Shown: piece after piece, positions 63,306-64,000 of the stretch
How positions within the stretch are numbered: position 1 is the first letter of the stretch
How the letters are laid out: each line of letters begins with the position of its first letter
Notes under the pieces: model-generated
Told to the model about the DNA's origin: nothing
Seen by the model: only the letters and a program-made list of their open reading frames with translations
Databases searched by the model: none
From: Fidelibacterota bacterium
GTDB taxonomy: Bacteria > Fidelibacterota > Marinisomatia > Marinisomatales > JACNKV01
DNA: 64,000 bases
Direction: 5' to 3'
Assembly: GCA_014381855.1 (NCBI GenBank)
Contig: JACNKV010000115.1
Span: forward strand, 7,886 to 71,885
Translations under genes and position numbers: made by a program

Positions 63306-64000
63306 TTAATAATCGGAATTTGACGTTTCAATATTTAAGGCACTATTATTAAAATGAGAACGGAATGCTTCTCGAGCAATAGGTGCAGCGGTTTCTCCTC
63401 CATGTCCTCCATTTTCAATGAGGATAGCCACAGAGACGATATCATTCTCCTTCTTACCATAGCCGACGAACCAGGCATGAGGTTCACCGTGCGGATTTTC
63501 TGCAGTTCCGGTTTTCCCTGAAATAATTACATTTTTTATATTTGGATTAGCCGCCTTCCCGGTGCCTTTATTATCATAAACCACCGCAGTTAAATATCTC
63601 TCTATTCTTTTCCATGTTTTTGATGAAAATACCGGTCTGCGAGAAGGCTCCTCTGGTTTTTTGTGTACAAGATGTAGGAGATTTGCATTTCCGTGAGTGG
63701 CAATCTGATTGATATAATGAAGCATTTGTAAAGGAGTTACTAGCACATCTCCTTGCCCGATGGCCACATTAAGCATTACACCTTTAGACCACCCCCAGCG
63801 TCCATAGCGAGCATTCATGTAGTCCGATGTAGGTATAACTCCGGTTTTTTCCATTGGTAGGTCAATCCCTGTTTTCTTGCCAAAACCAAATTGTTTGCAA
63901 GTCTCAGACCACTCCGTCAACGTTAATCTCTGAACAACTTTATAAAAGTATACATTGCACGATTGCGCAATCGCTTTTCTGAGATCCACTTCTCCGTGTC
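63306..64000 (-). CDS. mrdA: penicillin-binding protein 2 (transpeptidase), C-terminal part; the 5' end lies beyond the window
   Basis: The open frame runs to the window edge. SCNVYFY (SxN) and SGKTGTAE (KTG) transpeptidase motifs. Followed by rodA. Confidence 0.85.
   Translation of the reverse strand, partial: HGEVDLRKAIAQSCNVYFYKVVQRLTLTEWSETCKQFGFGKKTGIDLPMEKTGVIPTSDYMNARYGRWGWSKGVMLNVAIGQGDVLVTPLQMLHYINQIATHGNANLLHLVHKKPEEPSRRPVFSSKTWKRIERYLTAVVYDNKGTGKAANPNIKNVIISGKTGTAENPHGEPHAWFVGYGKKENDIVSVAILIENGGHGGETAAPIAREAFRSHFNNSALNIETSNSDY

Noticed and set aside
1-64000. CRISPR arrays, IS elements, transposases, integrases, toxin-antitoxin pairs, and restriction or other defence systems.
   Set aside because: I saw no spaced direct repeats, terminal inverted repeats or recognisable proteins of these classes in any frame. 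The window looks like core chromosome plus a metabolic island.

Overview
This 64-kb window comes from a low-GC bacterial chromosome. It is probably a member of the FCB superphylum, based on a cargo protein with a T9SS C-terminal sorting domain, a PorV-like barrel, BamD, a DUF5683-like protein and a half-size GT5 protein. I saw no rRNA, CRISPR array, transposase or integrase.

The plus-strand block (1-24.7 kb) holds a ~20-kb purine/urate catabolic island. It contains:
- an adenine deaminase tail;
- a xanthine-dehydrogenase-family Mo subunit separated by 7.4 kb from its 2Fe-2S and FAD subunits;
- SsnA;
- two divergent carbamoyltransferases plus carbamate kinase;
- two fold-type-II PLP enzymes;
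- YgfK, a COG0402 amidohydrolase, YgfM, a split XdhD and Gpt.

Downstream of the island are an alpha/beta hydrolase, a tandem GAPDH pair whose first copy lacks the catalytic Cys, cutA and an RCK K+ channel.

The minus-strand block (24.8-64 kb) is housekeeping and envelope genes:
- leuS, tRNA-Pro(CGG) with a decayed tandem copy, dprA, obg, monomeric icd, coaD and rsmD;
- comEA with two hypotheticals, then dnaJ-grpE-hrcA, ftsEX, a CaCA antiporter, nadD and bamD;
- three large T9SS/outer-membrane-linked proteins;
- a TatT-type TRAP transporter, glyA and an envelope trio of hypotheticals;
- a short GT5, a cpoB-like gene, rodA and the mrdA tail.

The best candidate for new biology is the YgfK/SsnA/XdhD island. 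It lacks the usual YgeX/YgeY/HyuA partners within the window and instead carries an ATCase-like enzyme and two other PLP enzymes.

All calls rest on reading the translated ORFs and motifs recalled from memory. No searches or computations were run.
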